Positions 20,556-28,316 of a DNA stretch of 64,000 nt are shown piece by piece (the stretch's first letter is position 1; the number at the start of each line of letters is the position of its first letter). A program made the position numbers and the translations under genes. The notes beneath the pieces are model-generated. The model was given only the letters and a program-made list of their open reading frames with translations, was not told the origin of the DNA and ran no database searches. Source of the stretch: a virus; the IMG/VR virus record IMGVR_UViG_3300032213_003144, positions 1 through 64,000 of that record; one strand, 5' to 3'.

Positions 20556-21287
20556 ATGCCAAACTGGTGCTACCAAAACCTAGAAGTACGAGGACCGTCA
20601 CACGACCTTGATGATTTCATTGACGCTATGCAAGTTACCGAGCCTGACAGTGCAGGTGTTATGCAGACAAGCGTAGAACTGAATCAAATGTGTCCAGTTG
20701 ATGACAGGACATTTGCTTACAAAACAATTACTGATGAAGCAGGCAAAGAAACACTAATCAAGACATACGCAACTCTTAGCGAGAACGGCTTTGACGGATA
20801 CGGACACTGTGTTGAGATTTGGGGTACGAAGTGGGGCGCATGCCATATCGTATGGGATGGAAAAAAGGGAAAATATCCAATACGCATTTACTTTGAGAGT
20901 GCATGGTCACCTGCCTGTGGTCTTATCAAGGCGATATCAAGCAAGTTCCCAACACTCTTATTCGGACTTGAGTTCACAGAGGAAGCAGATTTCTTTGCAG
21001 GCTGTGAGGTGTACCAAAATGGCAAGACCATAGCCGTCCACGACATAGGTTCGGCAGAGTCGGACGAAGCAGACGCTTTCTTAGCAACGATACAGGGCAA
21101 GGCGCAAGCGAGCGAAACAGAAGTGTCCGACACTGACTGGGAAACTTATTATGACCTGTGTTCCCAAGCAAGAGAGATTCGTGATGAGAAATTACTGAAA
21201 GTGTTTGCCAAGTCAATGAACGACTTTGGCAAGTCATACTCATCAAAGCCACCGAAAGGCAAGGTGAAAAATCAAGAACCTTTCTAA
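20556..21287 (+). CDS. DUF1281/Api92-like ferredoxin-fold protein
   Basis: MPNWC, WGTKWG and FESAWSP motifs; start re-assigned to MPNW. Confidence 0.75.
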   Translation: MPNWCYQNLEVRGPSHDLDDFIDAMQVTEPDSAGVMQTSVELNQMCPVDDRTFAYKTITDEAGKETLIKTYATLSENGFDGYGHCVEIWGTKWGACHIVWDGKKGKYPIRIYFESAWSPACGLIKAISSKFPTLLFGLEFTEEADFFAGCEVYQNGKTIAVHDIGSAESDEADAFLATIQGKAQASETEVSDTDWETYYDLCSQAREIRDEKLLKVFAKSMNDFGKSYSSKPPKGKVKNQEPF

Positions 21288-21335
21288 TAGATAACTCAAT
21301 ACCCCCCAAAAAAACAAACAAGCAAAGGAAACAAC

Positions 21336-21557
21336 ATGAGTACCATGATTCAGAAAGAATCCAAGAAAATTGCACTACGACTACTCCGTGAGCGTCAAGA
21401 GCGAGAGTGGTCACAGCAGGAACTTGCCGACAAGGCAGGAATTGACAGAAAAACCGTGAATCGTATTGAGAACCTTCACTTCTCACCGAGCATGGAAACA
21501 TTTCTGCGCCTATGCAATGCAATGAAAGTTCAGGCACACGAAGTACTAAAGGGTTAA
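21336..21557 (+). CDS. XRE-family HTH transcriptional regulator
   Basis: WSQQELADKAGIDRKTVNRIEN....PSMET. Confidence 0.9.
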   Translation: MSTMIQKESKKIALRLLRERQEREWSQQELADKAGIDRKTVNRIENLHFSPSMETFLRLCNAMKVQAHEVLKG

Positions 21558-21676
21558 TTGGTGTTGTGGTGGTCGCTGTGCGACTTTGCATAGCGACCAC
21601 ACTCACTAATAGATAACCTGTCTAGTCTGTACCCTTCCTGATACGATGAAGCCACCACAACCAAAAGGAGTAAGCC

Positions 21677-22354
21677 ATGTCAGAAAATACTGATGATTTC
21701 CGAAACCAAAAAATGTTCTCCGTCTTAGAGGACGCTATGGAACGAGCGATGTACGCAAAGACCGAGATGTGCAAAGATGAACCGATGTCCGACAACCCAC
21801 CGATGTTGCTGGTTGGATACGACAAAAAAAATGTAGAGGAAAAAACACGCCTGACCATTGGTGACGATGATGAAAGTGAAATGCAAATTGGCATGGTTCC
21901 ACTGATTCACAAGGACGATGTTCGTGAGTGCTTGGTGGACGCTATCGGCGCAATTCCAACTCAAAAGTTTGAGTTCTTGATTCTCGCAGTTGAGGGATAC
22001 AAAGACACAATGACAGAAAACGGAGAAATGCCCGAAGGCTGGTCAAGGGGTGACTTGGGCAAAGACTTTAAGGAGAACCCTTTCACGACTGTTAAAGAGG
22101 GCGTAATCGTGAGTGGCGTTGACTGGGAACATGAATACGCAATAAACGGCGCATGCACATACTCCTACGATGACAAGGGCGTTCCACAGTGGGATGAAGT
22201 TATGTGGTCTGAAATTGAGATTTCAGAGGAGACTGGCATGATGACATTTATCATGGCGAGTGCCTGTGAGTTTATGAAAAAGAAAATAATCACAGAATCC
22301 TTCCACGCACTGTTGGAAGCAACACCGAAAAAATCAAAGAAAGACAAGGAGTAA
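21677..22354 (+). CDS. hypothetical protein
   Basis: AAGGAG RBS; promoter at 21618-21647; stop lies in a box variant. Confidence 0.75.
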   Translation: MSENTDDFRNQKMFSVLEDAMERAMYAKTEMCKDEPMSDNPPMLLVGYDKKNVEEKTRLTIGDDDESEMQIGMVPLIHKDDVRECLVDAIGAIPTQKFEFLILAVEGYKDTMTENGEMPEGWSRGDLGKDFKENPFTTVKEGVIVSGVDWEHEYAINGACTYSYDDKGVPQWDEVMWSEIEISEETGMMTFIMASACEFMKKKIITESFHALLEATPKKSKKDKE

Positions 22355-22363
22355 TAGATAACT

Positions 22364-22519
22364 ATGGGTGACGATGTAATCGCACAAGTTACGACACTTG
22401 TTGACAAGGCAATAAACACAATATCGGGCAGAGAGTTGGTAGCGTCAGCCGAAATGGTTGACCTACTACTTGACATCCGACTACTACTACTAGACACAGA
22501 AGCAAAGGAAACAGCATGA
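22364..22519 (+). CDS. small hypothetical protein (51 aa, not in ORF track)
   Basis: MGDDVIAQVTTLVDKAINTISGRELV...; ATGA coupling to the next gene. Confidence 0.6.
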   Translation: MGDDVIAQVTTLVDKAINTISGRELVASAEMVDLLLDIRLLLLDTEAKETA

Positions 22520-22881
22520 CAACGCACCTAACCAACGAGGAACGCATGAACCCGTTCATGTCAGACAACTTTGATGTTGATGACCTGTCACTCATAACAG
22601 AGGCAATAGGTCTATACATTGAGAACGACTCTCGCTTGATGTACAACGCACCACAAGTTATGGAAGTTGCGAAAATCCAAAACGATGATGAGCGTATGCA
22701 GGCTCTCTCGCAACTGAAACCGAAGTTTGAGGGTCAGCCACTATCCGATGAGGAACTGGACCGACTATTACTAATAGATAACTTAGTGCTTGACGCTATG
22801 GGCGTGAAAGAAGCAGAGAGCGAAGTTGACGGAGTTATCTATTCATTGGAAGAACACCTTAAGAAAAATGGAAAGGAGTGA
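22516..22881 (+). CDS. hypothetical protein
   Basis: 121 aa; contains an exact 13-bp box read as LIDN. Confidence 0.7.
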   Translation: MTTHLTNEERMNPFMSDNFDVDDLSLITEAIGLYIENDSRLMYNAPQVMEVAKIQNDDERMQALSQLKPKFEGQPLSDEELDRLLLIDNLVLDAMGVKEAESEVDGVIYSLEEHLKKNGKE

Positions 22882-23157
22882 GTGGCGACACTTCGCCGTT
22901 CGAAGCCCCGCTGCGAGCACAAAAAAAATGAAAAAAATCAAACTTTTCAGAACGTGCGCTGCCACCGCCACCACCACCGCCGCCGCCGGCCGCAGGACTG
23001 TACAAAAAAATCGTTTTATTTGACGGTGGCGGATGAGCCGGTGCGCATTGTAGACCTATGGAAAAATCCAGTTTATAAATAGGTGTATTGCTAGTCTGAT
23101 GCCCGCTCATTACACTGAGTCCATAGATAACTTTTACCCAAGAAAGCAGGGATTACT

Positions 23158-23643
23158 ATGCAGTCAATAACCGAACAATTCGTGAACAGCGTTAATAAGG
23201 AACTATGGGACGAAGCAACCGAGAGGCATAAATCCAAGTTCGCCGTTCCAGCAGATGAGGTTAACTACATAGGAGAAATTGTTCGTGGACTCCATGTACT
23301 AGGGATATGGCAAAGAGAGGGTCAGGCTCGCCCGCCCGAATCTTTCCTGCGGTCTTACTCTGTTCTGGATTTCGTGATTCCTGACCTACTCCAGAAATAT
23401 TTGGGTAAATCTACGGTCTTGTCGCTCGACGAGATAAAGCCAGAAAAACGAGAAAAGAAGTGGGGTGCTTTCATTGAGTGGGCAAAACTTCACGAAGCAG
23501 AACAGTTCACCACCGAACAACTTGTAGAGATATGTGGTTTCTCCTACCCGACCACGCTTGAGTACCTACGGATTTCTCCATACTTCAGGAAAATCAAGAA
23601 GGGTCTTTACGAAGTTATTGACCCCAAGACTCAAGACAAGTAA
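23158..23643 (+). CDS. hypothetical protein with C-terminal winged-helix-like segment
   Basis: FTTEQLVEICGFSYPTTLEYL....FRKIKKGLYEV. Confidence 0.65.
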   Translation: MQSITEQFVNSVNKELWDEATERHKSKFAVPADEVNYIGEIVRGLHVLGIWQREGQARPPESFLRSYSVLDFVIPDLLQKYLGKSTVLSLDEIKPEKREKKWGAFIEWAKLHEAEQFTTEQLVEICGFSYPTTLEYLRISPYFRKIKKGLYEVIDPKTQDK

Positions 23644-24011
23644 TTACTTCTAATAGATAACTTTTTCTCCTTTTTCTTCTTTTCTTAGGAGAGCCCCGGC
23701 CAACTCGCCGACAGGGCGGGGCTTCGCTCGGGGAACGAGCAAGCAGGCACACGGGGGGCTTCCGATAACTCTCTCGGCTGGACGGGGGGCTTCCGATAAC
23801 GCTGGCGCACCCTTCGCTTCGCTCGGGCTTGCCCACGCACCCACCGACTCTCTCTAATAGATAACTCCGAGCGCACCCTTTCTAATAGATAACTCTCTAA
23901 TAGATAACTCGCTACATATATAAATAGTCATAAATAAATGTTGGCTAGTCTGTACCCTTCCCGATACAGTGGGTCTTGCCATACCAACCACAACAAACAA
24001 GGAGAAAGAAA

Positions 24012-24734
24012 ATGGCAGATACAGCAACCAAACTCCCCGAGTGCTGGCAAGCACTAGAGGACACACTCAACGCAGGCATTGACCGTGTGATTCTGTACGG
24101 ACCTTCGGGTATCGGAAAGACTTACGCAGGTCTAACGACTGGCGATGTTGAGGCAGGCGCATACCGACTGGTATGCACAGAGGACATGACCAACATGGAT
24201 GTCACAGGTGGATTCATGCCAAACGGCAAGGGTGGATTCCAATGGCTCAATGGCTCGGCTCTCAAGGCTTGGCAGGGAAATGGGGTCAAGGGTGGTCGGC
24301 TCATCGTGGATGAAGTTGACAAGGCTTCGGGCGATGTGTTCGCAACACTTCTCTCCATGCTTGATTCCCCTGAATCGGCTTCGTATGAACACCCTGAAAA
24401 TGGTGAAATCATCCGACCACTTGCAGGATTCTCTGCAATTATGACAACCAACATTGAGACAATGGGCGAACTCCCTACGGCTCTTGCTGACCGATTCCCA
24501 ATTCGTATCCGTATTGACAAGCCACACCCACAAGCGTTGCTTCGTCTTTCGGCTGACCTTCGTGACTATGCAGTTCGCATGGCTGACGCTGGTGATGACA
24601 GAATCTCACTCCGAGCCTTCATCGCTCTTGACACACTTCGCAAGAGTGTAGGTATGGAACGAGCATGCCAGTTGACCTTCGGGCGCAGGGCAAAGCAGAT
24701 TCTTGACGCTATTGCAGTGGACATGGTGAAATAA
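24012..24734 (+). CDS. MoxR/CbbQ-like AAA+ ATPase
   Basis: Walker A GPSGIGKT, Walker B LIVDEVD, sensor TTN, ALADRF. Confidence 0.88.
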   Translation: MADTATKLPECWQALEDTLNAGIDRVILYGPSGIGKTYAGLTTGDVEAGAYRLVCTEDMTNMDVTGGFMPNGKGGFQWLNGSALKAWQGNGVKGGRLIVDEVDKASGDVFATLLSMLDSPESASYEHPENGEIIRPLAGFSAIMTTNIETMGELPTALADRFPIRIRIDKPHPQALLRLSADLRDYAVRMADAGDDRISLRAFIALDTLRKSVGMERACQLTFGRRAKQILDAIAVDMVK

Positions 24735-24736
24735 CC

Positions 24737-26290
24737 ATGTCACGACACTCAATTCCAACCTCAACCACAGTGGGGAAAGCCTTCCCTACCTCAATAGATA
24801 ACTCCGAGAGGGGGTCGGCTCAAGCAGAGCCGACCCTAATCGGGCGTTCCGACATGGAACATGGTAAGTGGCATGTAGAACACTGCCGAGCAGTGCGAGG
24901 CGAGCCAAAGACAAATGTTCTTAACCGAGTTATGTACGCACCTACCGATGATGATGAAAAGGCTCGGGCAATTCGGGCGCACGAACTCATGCATGCAAAA
25001 GTTTCACCTGCAAATGACATGGACGCTTGGGTGGGTAGGCAAATTGCCTCTGCACAAGCACTCATCGTTACAGAGGAATTGCGTGTCAATTACCTATGCA
25101 CCAAAGCAGGGTTTGACATGTCTCATCTCGCTGACGGAAGTGAAACGGCAGACGGAGAGCGCATGGGTGCAACGAAAGACTGGGCTGGTTGTGTCGCTAC
25201 AGCAGTGGCAACAGCAGGAACAGGTGCAAACAAATTATTCCTCAATGGAGTTCGCAGGCACAACCGAGAGTGGGGAGAAATCCTTCTCAAGATATCGAAA
25301 AGAGCAGTGAAAGAAATCAAGAAAGCCGATAAAGAACGGAATCTCGCAAGCACAGAAGCAGACGGGAACACTGGTCTATCGCCTATTGGTTTCGCTCACA
25401 CAGAACGAATTGCCGAGTGGGTGGACAGGCTCGCCATGTTCCCACCACCACCCGAGCCACCAAAAAAAGCGAAAAAAGCAGGTGACTCCAAGTCGGGTGA
25501 GGGTGACTCTCCAATAGATAACTCCTCTAGTGAAGTTGCCCACAGCAATAAAGGCAAATCGGAGACAGGAAACAAGGAAGGTAATCCTGACCTTGACAAA
25601 ATCACTCCAACGGAAGCGACTAGAGGAATACCTCGTTGGGGAGAACTCCGAATTGAGCGTTGCCCAATGCCAAAATACAGCAAGGGTCATATCGGTAAGA
25701 AGCGAATTGCAACGAACATGGGTCGCAGACCACGCCGTATGCACCGTCTATTGACCGACCCCTCAATGCGAGTGTTTGACCGTACCGTTCGTGGTAGTGG
25801 TGGCATGGTAATTCTTGACGCAAGTGGGTCAATGTCTTTCACCGAGAATCAAATTGCTGAAATCTTGGAACATGCACCTGGCGCAACTATCGCCATGTAC
25901 ACCGACAAAGGCAACGAAGGAACGAACATGTTCATTGTTGCTGACAAAGGTCGCATGGTTGAGCAACTACCTGACTACGGATACGGCAACGGAGTTGACT
26001 TCCCTGCCATTGAGTGGGGCGTGAAAAACAAAGCGCAAAAGAACTCGCCTTTAGTGTGGGTTACTGATGGTGGAGTGTGTGGACATAATGACGGGTTTCA
26101 CGGAGTACTGTCTATGCAGTGCCTCACCTACGCTCGTAAGAACAAATACATAATTGTTCCCCACGCAGACGAAGCCATAAAGCAACTGAAACAACTATCC
26201 AGTGGTGGCAAGGCTCGTAGCGTTTATCCAGCCATGTTCAGGCAAGTGTGGCGAGAAGCAAACGGTAACGAACTCCCATACTCTGAATAG
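24737..26290 (+). CDS. HExxH metallopeptidase-like plus VWA domain protein
   Basis: RAHELMH...EE in the N-terminal half; MIDAS DASGS and VTDG in the C-terminal half. Confidence 0.75.
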   Translation: MSRHSIPTSTTVGKAFPTSIDNSERGSAQAEPTLIGRSDMEHGKWHVEHCRAVRGEPKTNVLNRVMYAPTDDDEKARAIRAHELMHAKVSPANDMDAWVGRQIASAQALIVTEELRVNYLCTKAGFDMSHLADGSETADGERMGATKDWAGCVATAVATAGTGANKLFLNGVRRHNREWGEILLKISKRAVKEIKKADKERNLASTEADGNTGLSPIGFAHTERIAEWVDRLAMFPPPPEPPKKAKKAGDSKSGEGDSPIDNSSSEVAHSNKGKSETGNKEGNPDLDKITPTEATRGIPRWGELRIERCPMPKYSKGHIGKKRIATNMGRRPRRMHRLLTDPSMRVFDRTVRGSGGMVILDASGSMSFTENQIAEILEHAPGATIAMYTDKGNEGTNMFIVADKGRMVEQLPDYGYGNGVDFPAIEWGVKNKAQKNSPLVWVTDGGVCGHNDGFHGVLSMQCLTYARKNKYIIVPHADEAIKQLKQLSSGGKARSVYPAMFRQVWREANGNELPYSE

Positions 26291-26420
26291 ATAACTTCTC
26301 GCCTACCGAGTTCCCACCAGTTCTCGGTAGGCAGAGTAAGCAACTACCCACCTGTTCGGCTTTCTCCTTTCAGGTGGGTAGTTCGCTATCCCCTAATAGA
26401 TAACTAAGAAAGAGGAAAAA

Positions 26421-26636
26421 ATGAGTGACAACGAAACACTTGATGAATCACTAGAGAACCTGCAAGACAGTCTGCAACATGCAATTCACATACTGCAAGG
26501 GATTCTTGATGATATTGAGGACAATGGATACACCCAACAGCAAGCGACACTGGATTACGAAAACATAGTGTGGAACGAAGGCATTGACTTTATGAGTGCA
26601 TTAGAATCGTTTGCATTATTCTCTCCAGCAAAATAG
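26421..26636 (+). CDS. hypothetical protein
   Basis: GAGG RBS. Confidence 0.65.
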   Translation: MSDNETLDESLENLQDSLQHAIHILQGILDDIEDNGYTQQQATLDYENIVWNEGIDFMSALESFALFSPAK

Positions 26637-26679
26637 TTCCAGCAACCTCTAATAGATAACTCTAAGAAAAGAGAAAAAA

Positions 26680-26982
26680 ATGAAAATCAAAAAGAAAAAG
26701 AAAGAGAAGCCGAGCAAATTAAGAAAGCAGATAAATGAACACCTAGAGTCAATGGGTGAGAACGCATTACTCATGGACGGGTTTGATGAAGCACTCATTG
26801 GATTCTCTCAACGAATAAATGAGCCTTTATTGGCAGTTTATTCGTGGGAGAAAATGATGACAGTGTGCATTGAGCGTGACGGTATGGACGATGAGGAAGC
26901 AGAGGAGTACATCAGTTACAACTGCATTGGTGCATGGGTAGGCGAGCAGACACCGATTATTGTTATGCCAGTTCTTTACTAA
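26680..26982 (+). CDS. conserved hypothetical phage protein
   Basis: DGFDEALIG...AVY...EEAEEYISYN.IGAWVGEQTP. Confidence 0.75.
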   Translation: MKIKKKKKEKPSKLRKQINEHLESMGENALLMDGFDEALIGFSQRINEPLLAVYSWEKMMTVCIERDGMDDEEAEEYISYNCIGAWVGEQTPIIVMPVLY

Positions 26983-27007
26983 TAGATAACTAACGAAAGC
27001 GAAAACT

Positions 27008-27298
27008 ATGAACTATGAAGTTATCTATTATGTACTATTCGTGACCCTATTGGGAATCGCATTACACGCACACACACTCACGCTCGTTCGCTTGATGAGA
27101 CACCGTGTACCAGTTGTATCTCTAATAGATAACTCTCTAACGCTCTACGCTCTCCCTAGAGGACGCTACGACAGAACCAATGGCTCGCTCTATCGTGCGT
27201 ACAAGGACGAACAGGGCAGACACAGCGAGAGCCTGTGGGAACGACAACGCCCACGAAACGACTTCGGCACTTCGCAACACTCTGGTCACGCCGAGTAA
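27008..27298 (+). CDS. putative membrane protein
   Basis: N-terminal hydrophobic helix; contains the last exact 13-bp box. Confidence 0.5.
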   Translation: MNYEVIYYVLFVTLLGIALHAHTLTLVRLMRHRVPVVSLIDNSLTLYALPRGRYDRTNGSLYRAYKDEQGRHSESLWERQRPRNDFGTSQHSGHAE

Positions 27299-27521
27299 AG
27301 AAAGCGAATAAATCACAGAAATTGCCACGAAGCCGAAGGAAGCCCCGCCGAAAACGGATTTGCGCGGGGCCTCTTCTCGAGAGCTGACAACCATTGAAGA
27401 ATATTTAGAAAATTGATTTAATTCTCTTCTTGATGATTTACCGGACGGAGGAGGGGGTCTCATGAAAATTCCTTTTCTTATATGACGGTGGTGGATGACT
27501 CTGGCGGACTGGGTTCTTTAA

Positions 27522-27896
27522 TTAGAAATCTTCATTTTTTCTAATTATTTGATGGACCCGCTGCCGGCTCAAATCAAATACATCTGCGATTTCCCTCAGG
27601 GACTTACCGGCTGCACGCATTTGATGAATTTCTGAATTTCTGCTTATGTCTGTGGCAGGACCAGGCTTGAATGGACCCCACTGCCAATTTGGAATTTCTT
27701 GAATTTTTCTTACCCGGTCATCGGACAATTGGTTTTTGCGATATCGCTGTCTGATGTAACCGACCCATGCACCTAAAGAAATATGATTTTCTTGAATTTT
27801 TTCAGTGTGCGCAGCGGGAATCTGGGAATTGCCTTCTCGCTCAATGTATTGGGTGAGAGCTTGGATATAAGTGCTAAAGCGTGTGTTGTTGTCCAT
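27522..27896 (-). CDS. helicase-associated (HA) domain plus C-terminal HTH DNA-binding protein
   Basis: YIEREGNSQIP...LGAWVGYIRQRYRKNQLS..R...IPNWQW, then GKSLREIADVFDLSRQRVHQI. Confidence 0.75.
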   Translation of the reverse strand: MDNNTRFSTYIQALTQYIEREGNSQIPAAHTEKIQENHISLGAWVGYIRQRYRKNQLSDDRVRKIQEIPNWQWGPFKPGPATDISRNSEIHQMRAAGKSLREIADVFDLSRQRVHQIIRKNEDF

Positions 27897-28079
27897 GCCG
27901 ATAACAATAGACGAACAAGTGTTCGCCCTTGACACTTCCCCCATAAGAGGTACAAATATATTTATTTTATAGGTTGACATTTAAAAGCTCAGTAGATAGA
28001 GTTATTGGGGACCCAGAGACCGCTTTAAAAGCACAGTATTCTGAGTATCTATTGACAATCGGACCGTGGAGGATGACCT

Positions 28080-28316
28080 ATGGGTAGACGGGTAACTGTT
28101 GATATAACCGTCACTTTTGATGAGGACAATGACATCATCCTTGGGTTTGATGAGAATGAGCCGATGACCGACCAATCCCTGATGGACTGGGCACGAGACA
28201 CCTTTATAGATGACATCCATGATTTGGTTAAATTTAACCAAGTACTGGCAGCCACTCGAGTGACTCTTCATAAAAATGGGATTTTCCCTCATGAGCATCC
28301 GGCCGCGGTCGAGTAG
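28080..28316 (+). CDS. hypothetical protein
   Basis: GGAGG RBS. Confidence 0.65.
   Translation: MGRRVTVDITVTFDEDNDIILGFDENEPMTDQSLMDWARDTFIDDIHDLVKFNQVLAATRVTLHKNGIFPHEHPAAVE

Larger units (their letters stand above)
3483..23799. repeat. dispersed composite element AGCCCCG-N16-18-CGGGGCT-N26-29-ACGGGGGGCTTCCGATAA (19 terminal boxes)
   Basis: Terminal boxes at 3483, 4191, 4789, 8937, 9329, 11570, 12174, 13803, 13906, 14839, 16103, 16960, 17062, 18313, 19074, 20386, 20414, 23751 and 23782. Confidence 0.9.
877..23970. promoter_or_regulatory. conserved phage promoter family (TTGGCA-like)-AGTCTG(TAC)...-TANNNT with 18-nt spacer
   Basis: 17 copies: + strand at 877, 11692, 12291, 14004, 15277, 16220, 17167, 18397, 19093, 20496, 21618, 23087, 23941; - strand at 4081, 4723, 9162, 10366. 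Each lies directly upstream of a gene start. Confidence 0.8.
2395..27134. promoter_or_regulatory. dispersed 13-bp box CTAATAGATAACT (about 45 exact copies plus variants)
   Basis: Examples at 2395, 3162, 4110, 9519, 10902, 12243, 13992, 16201, 18206, 18907, 20461, 23882, 26979 and 27122; orientation mostly follows the coding strand. Confidence 0.9.

Noticed and set aside
22961-22993. (CCR)n tract GCCACCGCCACCACCACCGCCGCCGCC
   Set aside because: Single short low-complexity tract; 8-bp complementarity to the nearby GGTGGCGG is too weak to call a structure
3483-23799. CRISPR array interpretation of the GGGGGGCTTCCGATAA or CTAATAGATAACT repeats
   Set aside because: Copies are separated by hundreds to thousands of bases containing genes and occur in both orientations; there is no regular repeat-spacer period and no cas gene
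3383-24066. Many short ORF-track entries containing IGSPP, RGASDN, SEAPR, YRKPP, SYLL or ELSIR
   Set aside because: These peptides are translations of the non-coding repeat motifs, not a protein family
10911-24734. ORF-track starts at 11801, 4224, 11651, 20478 and 23976
   Set aside because: The extensions run through promoters and repeat elements; downstream starts with an RBS or promoter fit better
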